A DNA stretch of 64,000 bases from an uncultured delta proteobacterium. Its GTDB lineage: Bacteria; Desulfobacterota; Binatia; UBA9968. Under the pieces are notes generated by a model that was given only the letters and a program-made list of their open reading frames with translations, did no database searches and was not told the origin of the DNA. Below are positions 41,684 through 52,384 of the stretch, piece by piece (position 1 is the first letter of the stretch; every line of letters begins with the position of its first letter). Where the stretch lies: NCBI GenBank assembly GCA_963816145.1, contig CAWFJP010000030.1, positions 416,001 to 480,000 of the forward strand, written 5' to 3'. Made by a program: the position numbers and the translations under genes.

Positions 41684-42022
41684 CTAGTTTCCTGCGACGA
41701 TACCCCTCCTATCCGCGTCGAATGACCTGAAGAACTGGCGCCACAAAATGTACTCCTCAATCGCTACCCAGATGGTCACAAAAAGGAAACTGCCCCAAAG
41801 AATAAAAGTGAAAAGACGCATCTCTCTCGGGAGCAAGTCTGGCTCGATCGCTTCTATCCAGATGACCACGCCGACGAAGGCCAATAGATGCACCAGCATG
41901 AACCGAGCGGCGTGCATGCGTTCGTAAGCCAACTGGATCTCCAAAACGCGGCGCGATTGTGATTCACCGGAATCCAATCCCTCGTTGATCTTGACTCCTA
42001 TGGTTTCCTTTGGCGACTTCAT
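41684..42022 (-). CDS. Hypothetical 2-TM protein
   Basis: ORF with two hydrophobic segments, co-oriented within the operon. Confidence 0.5.
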   Translation of the reverse strand: MKSPKETIGVKINEGLDSGESQSRRVLEIQLAYERMHAARFMLVHLLAFVGVVIWIEAIEPDLLPREMRLFTFILWGSFLFVTIWVAIEEYILWRQFFRSFDADRRGIVAGN

Positions 42023-42049
42023 CTAGTGCTCAACCCAAGAACGGCCGGC

Positions 42050-43289
42050 TCAGAACGCGTAAATCAGCTGCATGCCAAGCGTCGTCTGCTGACTATCGGC
42101 GCGGGATTGGCCTTTTTGATAAACTGGGTGGTTGGCCCAGTCCTGACGCAGTTCGACGCGGCCGATCAGCATCTTGGTGAACTTATAGCTGCCGGTCAGA
42201 GTCATTTCGCCGAGTGTGGCATTATTTTGCGGGGTGGTCGCCGCAAGACCAAAGGTCCGCGCTGCTTGATTATCGAAGAAAACCTCGCCGCGCAGCGCCG
42301 TGGTGAAACGATCGGTCCAGCCCCAGGATGCGATGGCCGATAGCGCGTGCCAGTAAGCATTCTGGTTACCAGTGGGAGTCGAGGCATTCGCTTCGCCACC
42401 GAAGGTATACTCGAGCAAGATCGTCAATGGATCCATCGGTTTGATCGTCGCAACGCTGCTCCAGGTCACTCTTTGGCTTCCGGTGTTATGGAATTGCTCA
42501 GGCCCAAATATGATATTGCTCGCCAAGGCGAAGGCGTCGCTGGGCGTATAGTTCATCACCGACGAGACCGGACGGTGCGCTGTTATTGTCGTGCGGATCA
42601 TCCCAACCGGTCACCACGCCGACACTTGCGGTAAACGTTTTGGCGAATGGATAGCTAAACAACGTGCCGAGATGACGCAGCGGCACGCCATAATTAAAAG
42701 CGAAGGAACGAGAAATATTGTCGTTATATGCGCCCGGGGAGTTTAGAATCTCCGTGCCCAATGGCGTAACGAACAAACCACCTTTGAAAGAGATCCCCTC
42801 ACCCACGGGTATCGTGGTTGAAAGATAGGCCTCACGGAGCTCCGCCGAAGGTCCGCAGCAGAACCTTGGACCGGTCGGGTTCCACTGGGTCGCCTCGTGC
42901 AGCAACTCGCCATATCGACCAAAATCACCGGAAACCCTGAAACCAACGCCCCAATCCTTTTCCGGCTTTTCTATCGCGACATGAAAATTATTAACGTAAA
43001 ACTGATTATTGTCTTTATAAAAGTAGCGGCCGGAGATATTCGATCCAAAACCCGGATGATTGGAGCTCCAAATATAAGTCGATTCAACAAATCCGCTAAT
43101 GCCGATGCCTAGCGTCTTTTCCAACGATCCCTTGCCGTCTGCAATCCCCTTGTCGAGCAAACCGACACTGCCGTCCAGACTCAGCCAGCCCGGACCTAGC
43201 GGCTTTTCTTCCTGAGCGCTAGAAATCCCCAGTGTCAAAAGTAACAAACTTAGTAACGTCCCCGCTAACATAAATAATAGTCTTTTCAT
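42050..43289 (-). CDS. Outer-membrane beta-barrel porin (BBP2/DUF1597-like), frameshift near 42565
   Basis: Signal peptide, ELREAYL, GLFVTPLGTE, NDNISRSFAF, GWD, ALRGEVF, RVELRQD and terminal aromatic LIYAF. Confidence 0.8.
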
Positions 43290-43425
43290 CTCCCAAGCCT
43301 CCGCGTATCTATGACAAACTTTTGTTTATTGAACTGCACCCTAGGTGAGATGCGTATATTCCTAAGCTCCATGAGCTGGAATCGGCTAGCCACGAAAATT
43401 GCAATCAGGTGCCGGCGCGCGTTCC

Positions 43426-43749
43426 CTACGCGCAATTGCCGACACGGACGCGGATCAGGTTTTCGAGCGGCATAATAGCCACTTCACCGTCCGACATTTT
43501 GCCGGAGCGAAGCGTCATGACAAGCATCTGCGCGACTCGAACCGCCTCATCGTCGTCAACAATCACGCCAATGCTGACTTCACTGGAATCGTCGCTATAC
43601 GTGACGCCGCGGTATTGTTTTAAGCTTAGCTGATCGCAACCGTCCCCCTCAGTCTCGGAAACCGAGAAGCGTCGGATTCTTTCGTGTCGCAGCGCTTCTT
43701 TGATTTCGTCCAGTTTGAATCGTTGGAAGCTCGCTTCAATCTTCTTCAT
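43426..43749 (-). CDS. Divergent P-II-like protein directly after kdpC
   Basis: MKKIEASFQRFKLDEIKEAL...ETEGDG...QYRGVTY...VIVDDD...RSGKMSDGEVAIMPLENLIRVRVG. ATG at 43749. Confidence 0.75.
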   Translation of the reverse strand: MKKIEASFQRFKLDEIKEALRHERIRRFSVSETEGDGCDQLSLKQYRGVTYSDDSSEVSIGVIVDDDEAVRVAQMLVMTLRSGKMSDGEVAIMPLENLIRVRVGNCA

Positions 43750-43769
43750 AAACGGCTCCCAAGGGGCCT

Positions 43770-44456
43770 TTACTTCGCCTGAGGCGGAACGGTTTGAACT
43801 GACGGTTGAGCGGGCGCAGCGTTCTCCTTGGGAGCATCCTTGGTCTCTTTCTTTTCCGGAGCGGGTGGCAGTGGCGTCGCTTTGCCAAACTGCCGATCGA
43901 GCGCCAGATTGACCATCAGCACATTGACTCGCGGTTCGCCCAAGATGCCGAAGGTTCGCCCTTCCACATTCGAATCCACAACGGCCTTTACACGCTCCGC
44001 ACTGACGCCGCGTGCTTTCGCGACTCGCGGCGTCTGCCACATCATCGCTTCAGGTGAAAGGTCCGGATCGAGACCACTACCGGAGGTCGTGACAAGTTCG
44101 CCAGGAACGAGCGTCTTGGCATCCGGATTTTCTGCCTTCAGCCGTTTGACATCGTCCTTGATGCGGTCCTGCAGCTTCTTCGACGTCGGGCCGAGGTTGG
44201 AACCTGATGAGGCAGTCGCATCATAGCCCTTCTCCCCCGCTGCCGACGGCCGAGGCTGAAAGTATGCGGGATTAGCAAAGCCCTGGGCAATCAACTCGGA
44301 CCCCACAACTTGTCCTTTCTCATCCGTTACGAGACTGCCGTTTGCTCGCCAAGGGAAGAGCACTTGGGCGAGTCCGGTCATGACGAAGGGATAGACAAGT
44401 CCCGTGAGTACGAGAGTTACGATGGTCGCGCGCACTGCGATGATCATAGTTTTCAT
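43770..44456 (-). CDS. kdpC: K+-transporting ATPase subunit C
   Basis: ANGSLV, GSELIAQ, YFQPRPSAAG, SSGSNLGP, TTSGSGLDP and GEPRVNVL. Confidence 0.95.
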   Translation of the reverse strand: MKTMIIAVRATIVTLVLTGLVYPFVMTGLAQVLFPWRANGSLVTDEKGQVVGSELIAQGFANPAYFQPRPSAAGEKGYDATASSGSNLGPTSKKLQDRIKDDVKRLKAENPDAKTLVPGELVTTSGSGLDPDLSPEAMMWQTPRVAKARGVSAERVKAVVDSNVEGRTFGILGEPRVNVLMVNLALDRQFGKATPLPPAPEKKETKDAPKENAAPAQPSVQTVPPQAK

Positions 44457-44465
44457 ATACAGCTC

Positions 44466-46522
44466 CTAGACAAGTCCGATAGCTTGCAATACTACATCGA
44501 CGAGCTTGATCCCAAGGAAAGGGGCGATGACTCCGCCGACGCCATAAATCAATAGGGAGCGAGCCAGCAATGGGCCGGCGCCGATCGGCCGATACTGCAC
44601 ACCCCGCAAAGCCAATGGAATGAGCAAAATAATAATGATCGCGTTGAAAATGACCGCTGAGAGAATCGCGCTCTGCGGCGACGCCAAATGCATGATGTTC
44701 AATGGCGCGATTTCGGGATACACAGTCATGAACATGGCGGGAATGATGGCGAAATACTTCGCCACATCATTGGCGATGGAAAAAGTCGTCAGCACGCCGC
44801 GAGTCATCAGCATCTGTTTGCCTATTTCGACGACCTCCAGCAGCTTGGTCGGATTGGAATCCAAGTCGACCATATTGCCGGCCTCTTTCGCCGCCTGCGT
44901 GCCCGTGTTCATCGCCACGCCGACATCGGCCTGCGCCAGCGCGGGTGCATCGTTGGTGCCGTCGCCGGTCATGGCAACCAGTTTTCCCTTGGCTTGTTCT
45001 TCTTTTATGAGCCGCATTTTTGCTTCCGGCGTTGCCTGCGCGAGAAAATCGTCGACGCCGGCTTCGCGCGCAATCGCGGCCGCGGTGCGCGGGTTGTCGC
45101 CGGTGATCATCACGGTGCGAATACCCATGGCGCGGAAGCGCTCGAAGCGCTCCTTGATGCCGCCCTTCACCACGTCCTTCAAATGAATCACGCCGAGAAT
45201 CTTGTTGCCTTCGGCGACAACCAGCGGCGTGCCTCCGCTATCTGAGATTCCGTGTGTGATGCCCTCGACTTGCGAGCCCACCGTCCCTCCCAATTCCTCA
45301 ACGTAGGCGGCGATCGCTTCCACCGCCCCCTTGCGGATTTTACGTCCGTCGAGATCGCAGCCGCTCATGCGGGTTTCAGCACTGAAGGGAATAAAGTGGG
45401 CGCCGATCTCGGTCACGTCGCGACCGCGCAGCCCGTATTTCTCCTTGGCGAGCACGACAATCGATCTCCCTTCCGGGGTTTCATCGGCCAGGCTCGAAAG
45501 CTGCGCCGCGTCGGCCAAGGTCTCCGCACGGGCGCCGTCGACGGGGATGAACTCAGTGGCCATGCGATTACCCAAGGTGATCGTCCCGGTTTTATCCAAG
45601 AGTAACGTGTCGACATCGCCTGCGGCCTCGACGGCGCGCCCGCTCATCGCCAATACGTTCTTGCGCAGCAGACGATCGATGCCGGCGATGCCGATAGCCG
45701 AAAGCAAGCCGCCGATCGTCGTCGGAATCAAACACACGAGCAAGGCGACGATCACGGTTAATGAAACGTTAGGCATGCCGGAGTAAAGCGCCAGCGGCAC
45801 AAGGGTCACGCAGGCGAAAAGAAAAACCAGCGTCAGGCCGGCGAGCAAGATATTGAGCGCAATTTCATTGGGCGTTTTTTGCCGCTCCGCGCCTTCCACC
45901 AAAGAAATCATCCGATCCAGGAAGGATTCTCCGGGGCTCGCCGTGATGCGCACGACGATGCGGTCGGACAACACTTTTGTACCGCCAGTCACCGCCGAAC
46001 GATCGCCGCCGCTCTCGCGAATGACCGGCGCGGACTCGCCGGTGATCGCCGACTCGTCGACCGATGCGATGCCTTGAATCACGTCGCCGTCGCCGGGAAT
46101 GATTTCGCCCGCTTCAACGACAACGGTATCTCCTTTGCGGAGCGCCGACGCGGGCACTTTTTCTTCACGGTTGCCGTTGACCAAGCGCCTCGCAGTAGTT
46201 TCCTGGCGCATTTTGCGCAGCGTCGCGGCCTGGGCCTTACCGCGACCTTCGGCGACTGCCTCGGAAAAATTCGCAAAAACGACGGTGAACCAGAGCCAGA
46301 AACTAACATTGAACGTCCACCACAGCGGCTGCGATCCTGGCACGGGCGCAATCATGTCGCGAGCCAAATCAGCGTCGTAATCACGCTACCGATCTCGACC
46401 ACGAACATGACGGGATTTTTGATCACGTGCTGCGGCACGAGCTTGCGAAAGCTCTCCCCGATTGCTGGGCGGAGAATTTCCGGGTCGAAAAGTGAACGGT
46501 CTTTTAAGCGAGTGTCTGCCAT
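44466..46522 (-). CDS. kdpB: K+-transporting ATPase subunit B, frameshift near 46360
   Basis: [34 protein letters not shown] and [10 protein letters not shown]. Confidence 0.95.
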
Positions 46523-46523
46523 G

Positions 46524-48248
46524 TTAGTAAACCTTTCCTGCCAGGGCGACAAAGTGTTCGACAATAGGCCCGAGCGCTAGTGCGGGGAAGAAAGTTAACG
46601 CCCCAACGATAAGAACCACGCCGACCAACAGCACCACAAAGAGCGTCCCGTTTGTCGGGAAAGTGCCCAAGCTTTCGGGCACAGCCTTTTTGCCAACCAT
46701 ACAGCCGGCAATGGCGAGAACTGGAATGATCATTAAATAGCGGCCCATAAGCATTGTGAGACCCTGTGTCACATTGAACCAGGGAGTGTTGGCATTCAGT
46801 CCGGCAAAGGCCGAGCCGTTGTTGCCGGCGGCGCTACTGTAGGCGTACAAGATCTCGCTCAGCCCGTGCGGGCCATTGTTGTTGAGTGACGAGAGGCCAT
46901 ATGGCGCCACTGCCGACCAGCCGGAGAAGTAGAGAATTATCAGCGGAAAGATCAGCACGTAGAGCATGGCGAGCTTGACCTCCCGCGCTTCAATTTTCTT
47001 GCCCAGATATTCGGGAGTGCGCCCGACCATCAAGCCGGCGATAAACACGGAAACAAGAACGAAGACCAGCATAGCGTAAAGCCCCGCGCCGACACCGCCG
47101 AAAATCAATTCGCCGAGTTGAATGTTCAACAAGGGCACCAGGCCGGCGATAGGATTGAAACTATCGTGCATGGAGTTGACCGAGCCGTTTGACGCGTCGG
47201 TCGTTGCCGTCGCCCAAGTCACCGAGTTAGCGACGCCATAACGAACTTCTTTCCCCTCCATGTTGCCGGCGGTTTGATCCACGGCCAAACCTTGCATCAC
47301 CGGGTTGGGCTTCGCTTCGAAGTAATAAGCCGTCGTCACGCCCATAAAAAACAAAATCGCCATCGCCCCGAAAAGCGTCCAGCCTTGCTTGGTGTCGCGC
47401 GCCATGAGGCCATACATGTAGGTCTGCGCCGCCGGGATCGCGAGGATTGCTACCATCTCGATAAAATTTGCCAGCGGACTACCGCCCTCGAACGGATGGG
47501 CGCTGTTGACGTTGAAAAAACCGCCGCCATTGGTGCCGAGTTGTTTGATCGCAATCTGCGATGCCGCCGGCCCCATCGCCAGAGTCTGCTTCACTCCTTC
47601 CAAGGTTGTCAGCTCGACGTAGGATGAAAGGTTCTGCAGAACTCCCTGCCAGACCAGCACCAACGCCATGACGATGGAAAATGGAATCAGGAGATAGATA
47701 ACAGACCGATTTAGATCCACCCAAAAATTGCCGATGGTTTTGGGCGCGCCGGGCTCAAGGCGATAGGTCAAGCCGCGCGCGATCACCAACATGACGCCAA
47801 TGCCGACGCCGACCGAGATAAAATTGTGCCAGGCGAGCCCCGCCATCTGAGTCAAATAGCTCATCGTCGACTCGCCACCGTAGGCCTGCCAGTTCGTATT
47901 GGTGGTGAAGCTCGACGCTGTGCCGAAGGCGAGATCAGCCGGCAACGGGCCCGAGGTTCGCGGGATTTAACGGCAGCACATGCTGCAGCCGTTCGATGGC
48001 GTAAGTCACCAGCATCGTGACGGCGCTGAAGAGCAGCATTGCCAATACTATACTGTTTCCAGTCTTGTTGCTCTTTCGGGTCAACACCGCACAGGCGATA
48101 AATCAACCTCTCGATCGGGACCGAAGAACCGTGGCAAAGGCTGGCCGTCACCCTCGAAGATACGAAACATGTAGATGCCGATGGGCTTGGTTACAGCCAA
48201 AATTACTAGTGCGTAAAGTAATATCTGAATCCATCCAGTTAGTGTCAT
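46524..48248 (-). CDS. kdpA: K+-transporting ATPase subunit A, frameshifts in the 5' part (near 47945 and 48045)
   Basis: Filter loops TNTNWQ, GTNGGG, SNGSV and GNNGSAF; GLMVGRTPEYLGKK. Start MTLTGWIQ at 48248. Confidence 0.93.
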
Positions 48249-48331
48249 GACCTCTCCCGATTTCGCACGCGTGCAAATCTATCGCCGCGATTTCGCAGCA
48301 ACGCGATGCAATTCTTCACTAAGATTTTTCT

Positions 48332-48421
48332 CTAAAACTTCTCTGGCCACAGCAGGGCATAAATCAAATAGCCCATGATCAAAAACGACACGATTATTCC
48401 GATCACATATTCCAGTGTCAT
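48332..48421 (-). CDS. kdpF: KdpF (29 aa)
   Basis: Manual translation MTLEYVIGIIVSFLIMGYLIYALLWPEKF, carrying the YLxYALxxPEKF signature. GGAGG RBS. Confidence 0.9.
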   Translation of the reverse strand: MTLEYVIGIIVSFLIMGYLIYALLWPEKF

Positions 48422-48431
48422 ATGCCCTCCC

Positions 48432-48515
48432 TTACAGACGATCGCAGCCACGGACGTACACCCATGCGATTATAAAAAACACCACCGTGACAATAATAAG
48501 TATAACGTCAGCCAT
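48432..48515 (-). CDS. 27-aa single-TM micro-peptide upstream of kdpF
   Basis: MADVILIIVTVVFFIIAWVYVRGCDRL, with an AGGAG RBS. Confidence 0.75.
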   Translation of the reverse strand: MADVILIIVTVVFFIIAWVYVRGCDRL

Positions 48516-48557
48516 TTGACCGCTCCTAAGAATCGACTAAGCTGCCAAATCGCTAAC

Positions 48558-48572
48558 GCAAGCGGAATGCCA
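48558..48572 (-). promoter_or_regulatory. Sigma54 -24/-12 promoter of the kdp operon
   Basis: Minus strand TGGCATTCCGCTTGC (GG-N10-GC), about 43 nt upstream of the first micro-peptide. Confidence 0.8.
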
Positions 48573-48623
48573 CCTTCTTCCGCAGCAAAGTGCTGGCTTT
48601 TCAGACCAAATAGCCAGTGACGG

Positions 48624-48669
48624 GTTGTACTTTGCAGGATGTACGATCGCCGTGATTGCAAAATGCAAC
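48624..48669. promoter_or_regulatory. Putative tandem enhancer (UAS) sites
   Basis: GTTGTACTTTGCAG (48624-48637) and TTGCAAAATGCAAC (48656-48669). The same pair recurs at 50105-50140. Confidence 0.6.
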
Positions 48670-48854
48670 GGCGCAGTGAGAGGTGACTTGCCAGGAGGAG
48701 AAACAAGATCTTGCTCCGTCATCTCGGTCGGCTCTCTCGACATCAGGCGCCTACAAGCTATTCCACCTTTTGCCTTAACGGTAGCGAGATGTTCAGACCG
48801 GCTGAATATTTGCGAGGCTAAACTCAGCTCACAAAGCGGCTAAGGGCGCTATCC

Positions 48855-50027
48855 ATGGCATCAATCATTGAACAAGCGGAGATCGTGCTTCTGGTTACAG
48901 CAATCGTGGGCATGCTGGCTCGCCGACTCCGCATCCCCACCACGGCGGGACTAGTGGTCGCCGGGCTCGGCCTCGCGCTCGTGCCTGGGACCATCGACAT
49001 AGCTTTAACCAAGGAGCTGATCTTTGATGCATTCCTGCCACCGCTGGTTTTTGAAGCTGCATTGCATATTAATTGGCGCGAGCTGCGGAAGGATTCGGCT
49101 GTAATCCGGACGTTGACCACATTAGGGGTTTTGCTAACTGCCAGTGCGACTACGGCCGGGATGCATTATCTCCTTCACTGGGGTTGGCAAGCCGCCGCCG
49201 TGTTTGGAATATTGGTCGCCGCGACCGATCCTGTATCGGTCATTGCGACATTCAAGGAGGCGGGGGTGACTAGCCGGTTGCGCCGGTTGCTTGAAGCAGA
49301 GAGCCTGTTCAACGATGGTATCGCGGCCGTGGCTCTCAGCGCCGCGATCCTCTTTATAATGGGCGAGAAAGTCACCGCTTTTGATATTGGCCGGACGCTG
49401 ATTGCGAGCATTTTCGGAGGAATATTCTGCGGCGGAGTCATTACATCGGGAATCCTGATGCTCGCGGGCCGGACCACAGACCATTTGACTGAAATCACCC
49501 TGACCACAGTGGCGGCTTATGGGTCATTTCTGCTGGCGGAGCGATTGCACCTCTCGGGAGTGCTGGCTTCGCTCACCGCCGGGTTAATTGTCGGCAATGC
49601 CGGTTACTTGCGTTCAATCGTTAGCCGCCAAGCCATTGAGTCTTTCTGGGAGTACGCCGCGTTTCTGGCAAACTCATTCATCTTTGTTTTGATCGGCATC
49701 CGAATCTGGCAGCAGGATTTCGCCAGCGTTGCCAGTATTGTCCCAATTGCCGTGGCTATAACCATTGTTGGCCGTGCAGTTGCGATCTATCCCTGCTGCG
49801 CTCTATTTGCCCGCTCGACGCTCCGAGTGGAACCTCGGCACCAGCACATTTTGTTTTGGGGCGGTCTGCGCGGGGCTCTCGCGCTGGCACTGGCACTCGG
49901 TCTAACTGCTGGGTTGGCGCAACGGGACGAAATTATCACGACAGTTTTTGTGATCGTTGCCTTTTCTATTTTCGCCCAGGGCTTAACGATGCCCACCCTG
50001 CTACGCAGGCTGGGAGAGGTCCAGTAG
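48855..50027 (+). CDS. CPA1/NhaP-type cation:H+ antiporter
   Basis: FLPPLVFEAA, ATDPVSV, EAESLFNDG, SGVLA and WGGLRGAL motifs. Confidence 0.92.
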   Translation: MASIIEQAEIVLLVTAIVGMLARRLRIPTTAGLVVAGLGLALVPGTIDIALTKELIFDAFLPPLVFEAALHINWRELRKDSAVIRTLTTLGVLLTASATTAGMHYLLHWGWQAAAVFGILVAATDPVSVIATFKEAGVTSRLRRLLEAESLFNDGIAAVALSAAILFIMGEKVTAFDIGRTLIASIFGGIFCGGVITSGILMLAGRTTDHLTEITLTTVAAYGSFLLAERLHLSGVLASLTAGLIVGNAGYLRSIVSRQAIESFWEYAAFLANSFIFVLIGIRIWQQDFASVASIVPIAVAITIVGRAVAIYPCCALFARSTLRVEPRHQHILFWGGLRGALALALALGLTAGLAQRDEIITTVFVIVAFSIFAQGLTMPTLLRRLGEVQ

Positions 50028-50104
50028 GATATTCAGATCTCCCTGATTATCAGCAGATCGATTGCGCAATTATTGCTTTTTGAAAGAACGCTATGGCCGA
50101 CAGC

Positions 50105-50140
50105 TTGCAAATTGCAACCATCGAGAGTTGTACCTTGCAG
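50105..50140. promoter_or_regulatory. Putative tandem enhancer (UAS) sites
   Basis: TTGCAAATTGCAAC (50105-50118) and GTTGTACCTTGCAG (50127-50140). Confidence 0.6.
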
Positions 50141-50260
50141 TCGCAGGGATAGTTTTGAGCCAGCCGGTACATTCGCCTGCTATCTAAATGCCCGCCAGCA
50201 GTGCTTATTCGATTCATGCGTTAAAGAAAGTACGATTAGAATACTTTGACGCTCGGACCG

Positions 50261-50276
50261 TGGCACGCGTCATGCT
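50261..50276 (+). promoter_or_regulatory. Sigma54 -24/-12 promoter of the usp...kdpC2A2 operon
   Basis: TGGCACGCGTCATGCT (GG-N10-GC), about 37 nt before the usp ATG. Confidence 0.75.
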
Positions 50277-50312
50277 TTAAGCATCTATCAAATGTACTGG
50301 CGTGAGGTCGCT

Positions 50313-50807
50313 ATGAAGAAAGTCGAAAAAATCTTGGTTCCCACAGATCTTTCAAAATCCTCGCTGGCAGGTGTCGGATACGCCCTTAACCTCGCCAAAA
50401 CGCTCGGCGCGGAAGTAACCGTTCTTCACGTCGTGAGTTATGAGGATTTCTTACGTTATGGGGAAAAACTCGCCGAACAAATAGCCAAAGACCCAGCGTT
50501 CCGCACGCCTGATCCTTTCATGAAGGAATACGAAACGGCGCTGCAACGATTTCTCGCTGACAATTTTTCCGACCTGATTCCCTCTGTTCAGGTCCATGAA
50601 CAGGTAGACGTAGGCGACTTCGACGAAAAAATTGTCTCGCAAGCAAGGAACCTGAATATTGACCTGATCGTTTTCTCGGCCCACGAAAGAAAGGGTATTG
50701 CTCGCTTCCTGAGGGGTAACATGACCGAAAAGGTAACCCAAAAGGCACCATGCCCGGTGCTATCGATCCGGTTGGAGCGGACCGAGAGAAAGCTTCAGGC
50801 CGCGTGA
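50313..50807 (+). CDS. Universal stress protein
   Basis: KILVPTDLS, VTVLHVV, IDLIV and APCPVL motifs. ATG at 50313 after GAGG. Confidence 0.9.
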   Translation: MKKVEKILVPTDLSKSSLAGVGYALNLAKTLGAEVTVLHVVSYEDFLRYGEKLAEQIAKDPAFRTPDPFMKEYETALQRFLADNFSDLIPSVQVHEQVDVGDFDEKIVSQARNLNIDLIVFSAHERKGIARFLRGNMTEKVTQKAPCPVLSIRLERTERKLQAA

Positions 50808-50884
50808 TGGTTTCCTTAGTCAATACGAACGCGATGGCCAAGGTTCTTTTTATCGTCCAGAGATGAGTCGGACGCGGTGCAATC

Positions 50885-51541
50885 ATGAGTAAATCACAGG
50901 TTCGCATTCTCGTCGTCGACGATGAACGCAACATTCGCAATAATCTCTCCGCGCTGCTCGATTCTGTAGGGTACAAGGTAGACACAGCCAGCAACGGCGA
51001 CGACGCCCTGCTGCGCGTCAAAGCAGGGCTCTACGATATCGTCTTGGTCGATATTCAGATGCCGAAAATGGGCGGCCTCGAACTGCTCGGCCTCCTGCGC
51101 GGGCTCAGGCCGAGAATGCCAGTCGTGATGTTAACTGCCCACGGCACGGTAGCGCGGGCGGTCGAGGCGATGAAGCTCGGAGCGGTGGACTTTATAGAGA
51201 AGCCGTTCGATCCGAAGAATCTGCTCTTGCTCTGCGAAGAGATCCTCGAGCGGCAAAAACTCGGTATGAGCGGAACTGTCGATGAAATGCTTCACCTGGC
51301 GGAACTGGCTCGGCAGCGCAAGGCCTACATTGAGGCGCGCGTCCACCTAAAGATTGCCATGATGCGGGATCTCACCCGTCCTGAACCTTATTATCAACTG
51401 GGGCAGCTTTCTGAGCTTAACGGCAACCCGCGCGAAGCCGTGCACTATTACTATATGGCCCTAGAGGCGAGTTCCACGTTCGCGCCGGCGCGTGAAGCTC
51501 TCAAACGGCTGGGGCATCTCGATGCCAGGCCAACGGCATAA
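50885..51541 (+). CDS. Response regulator with C-terminal TPR output (paralog 2)
   Basis: ILVVDDE, VDIQMP, EKPFD and PEPYYQLG motifs. Confidence 0.85.
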   Translation: MSKSQVRILVVDDERNIRNNLSALLDSVGYKVDTASNGDDALLRVKAGLYDIVLVDIQMPKMGGLELLGLLRGLRPRMPVVMLTAHGTVARAVEAMKLGAVDFIEKPFDPKNLLLLCEEILERQKLGMSGTVDEMLHLAELARQRKAYIEARVHLKIAMMRDLTRPEPYYQLGQLSELNGNPREAVHYYYMALEASSTFAPAREALKRLGHLDARPTA

Positions 51542-51553
51542 AGGCACAAACCC

Positions 51554-52384
51554 ATGTCCATTATCACAATATCTCATGAAGCTTTCGGCGATGGTCGAGC
51601 AATCGCGGAGCGGGCGGCGGAACTCCTCGGATATCGCTGCATTAGCCGAGAAGTGCTGATCAAAGCTAGCGAGCGTTACGGCATCGCGGAGGCAAAATTA
51701 GTCGAAGTCCTGGAACAAAGACCGCATCACTGGTGGGCCGAATGGCTGCAGAGCCGCGGGATTTATCGCATCGTGCTCCAAGCAGCGCTATGCGAGCTCG
51801 CCCAAGACGGAAACATTGTTTACCACGGCCGCGCCGGTCAGGAATTTTTCCCCGGCATCCGTCATGTGCTGAATGTTTTCGTGGACACCCCGACGGAGTC
51901 GAGGATAAGACAAGTCATGGCGCGCAAGGGTCTCACCGAGGAAGCCGCGCGAAGATACCTGGAAGAGTTGGACAATATCCGCGCCCGCCGCACTCGAGAA
52001 TTATTCAAAATCGACTGGCGCGATCCGACACGATACGATCTCGTGCTAAACACCGCCAAGACGACTGTGGAGACAGCGGCTCGCATGATTGCCGAGGTTT
52101 CTCAGCGCGAGGAATACCGGCCAACTGCCGAGTCTTTGCAAGCCGTTAAGGATCTAACCATCACCGCTAGGGTGGAGGCCACGCTTGTAGTCTCCCGTCT
52201 GGAAATTTCAAACCTCGAAGTCGAAACCCGCTGCGGCGAGGTTCACGTCGGCGGCGTCATCCTCGCGGAAAGCATCAAAGATCTCGTGGCCGATAGGATT
52301 AGAAAGATTCCTGGCGTGACGGGAGTAAAAACTCATTTTGTGATCACGGCACCGGAGCATTGCTTGTATGGCGACTCACGGTAG
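51554..52384 (+). CDS. Cytidylate-kinase-like family protein with C-terminal BON domain
   Basis: IITISHEAFGDGRAIA, VYHGRAG, DPTRYDLVLNT, then a BON-like D..ITARVEA..GEVHVGG..IPGVTGV. Confidence 0.8.
   Translation: MSIITISHEAFGDGRAIAERAAELLGYRCISREVLIKASERYGIAEAKLVEVLEQRPHHWWAEWLQSRGIYRIVLQAALCELAQDGNIVYHGRAGQEFFPGIRHVLNVFVDTPTESRIRQVMARKGLTEEAARRYLEELDNIRARRTRELFKIDWRDPTRYDLVLNTAKTTVETAARMIAEVSQREEYRPTAESLQAVKDLTITARVEATLVVSRLEISNLEVETRCGEVHVGGVILAESIKDLVADRIRKIPGVTGVKTHFVITAPEHCLYGDSR

Noticed and set aside
43400-43415. Internal sigma54 promoter before the porin (CCGGCACCTGATTGCA, minus strand)
   Set aside because: Spacing is GG-N9-GC, one short. It would be valid only if a base is missing through sequencing error.
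43426-44040. 204-aa ORF overlapping kdpC
   Set aside because: Only the last 107 codons are P-II-like. The upstream part is an alternate frame of kdpC.
48259-48279. Near-palindrome between kdpF and kdpA as a regulatory hairpin
   Set aside because: It is short, has essentially no loop, and has no independent support.
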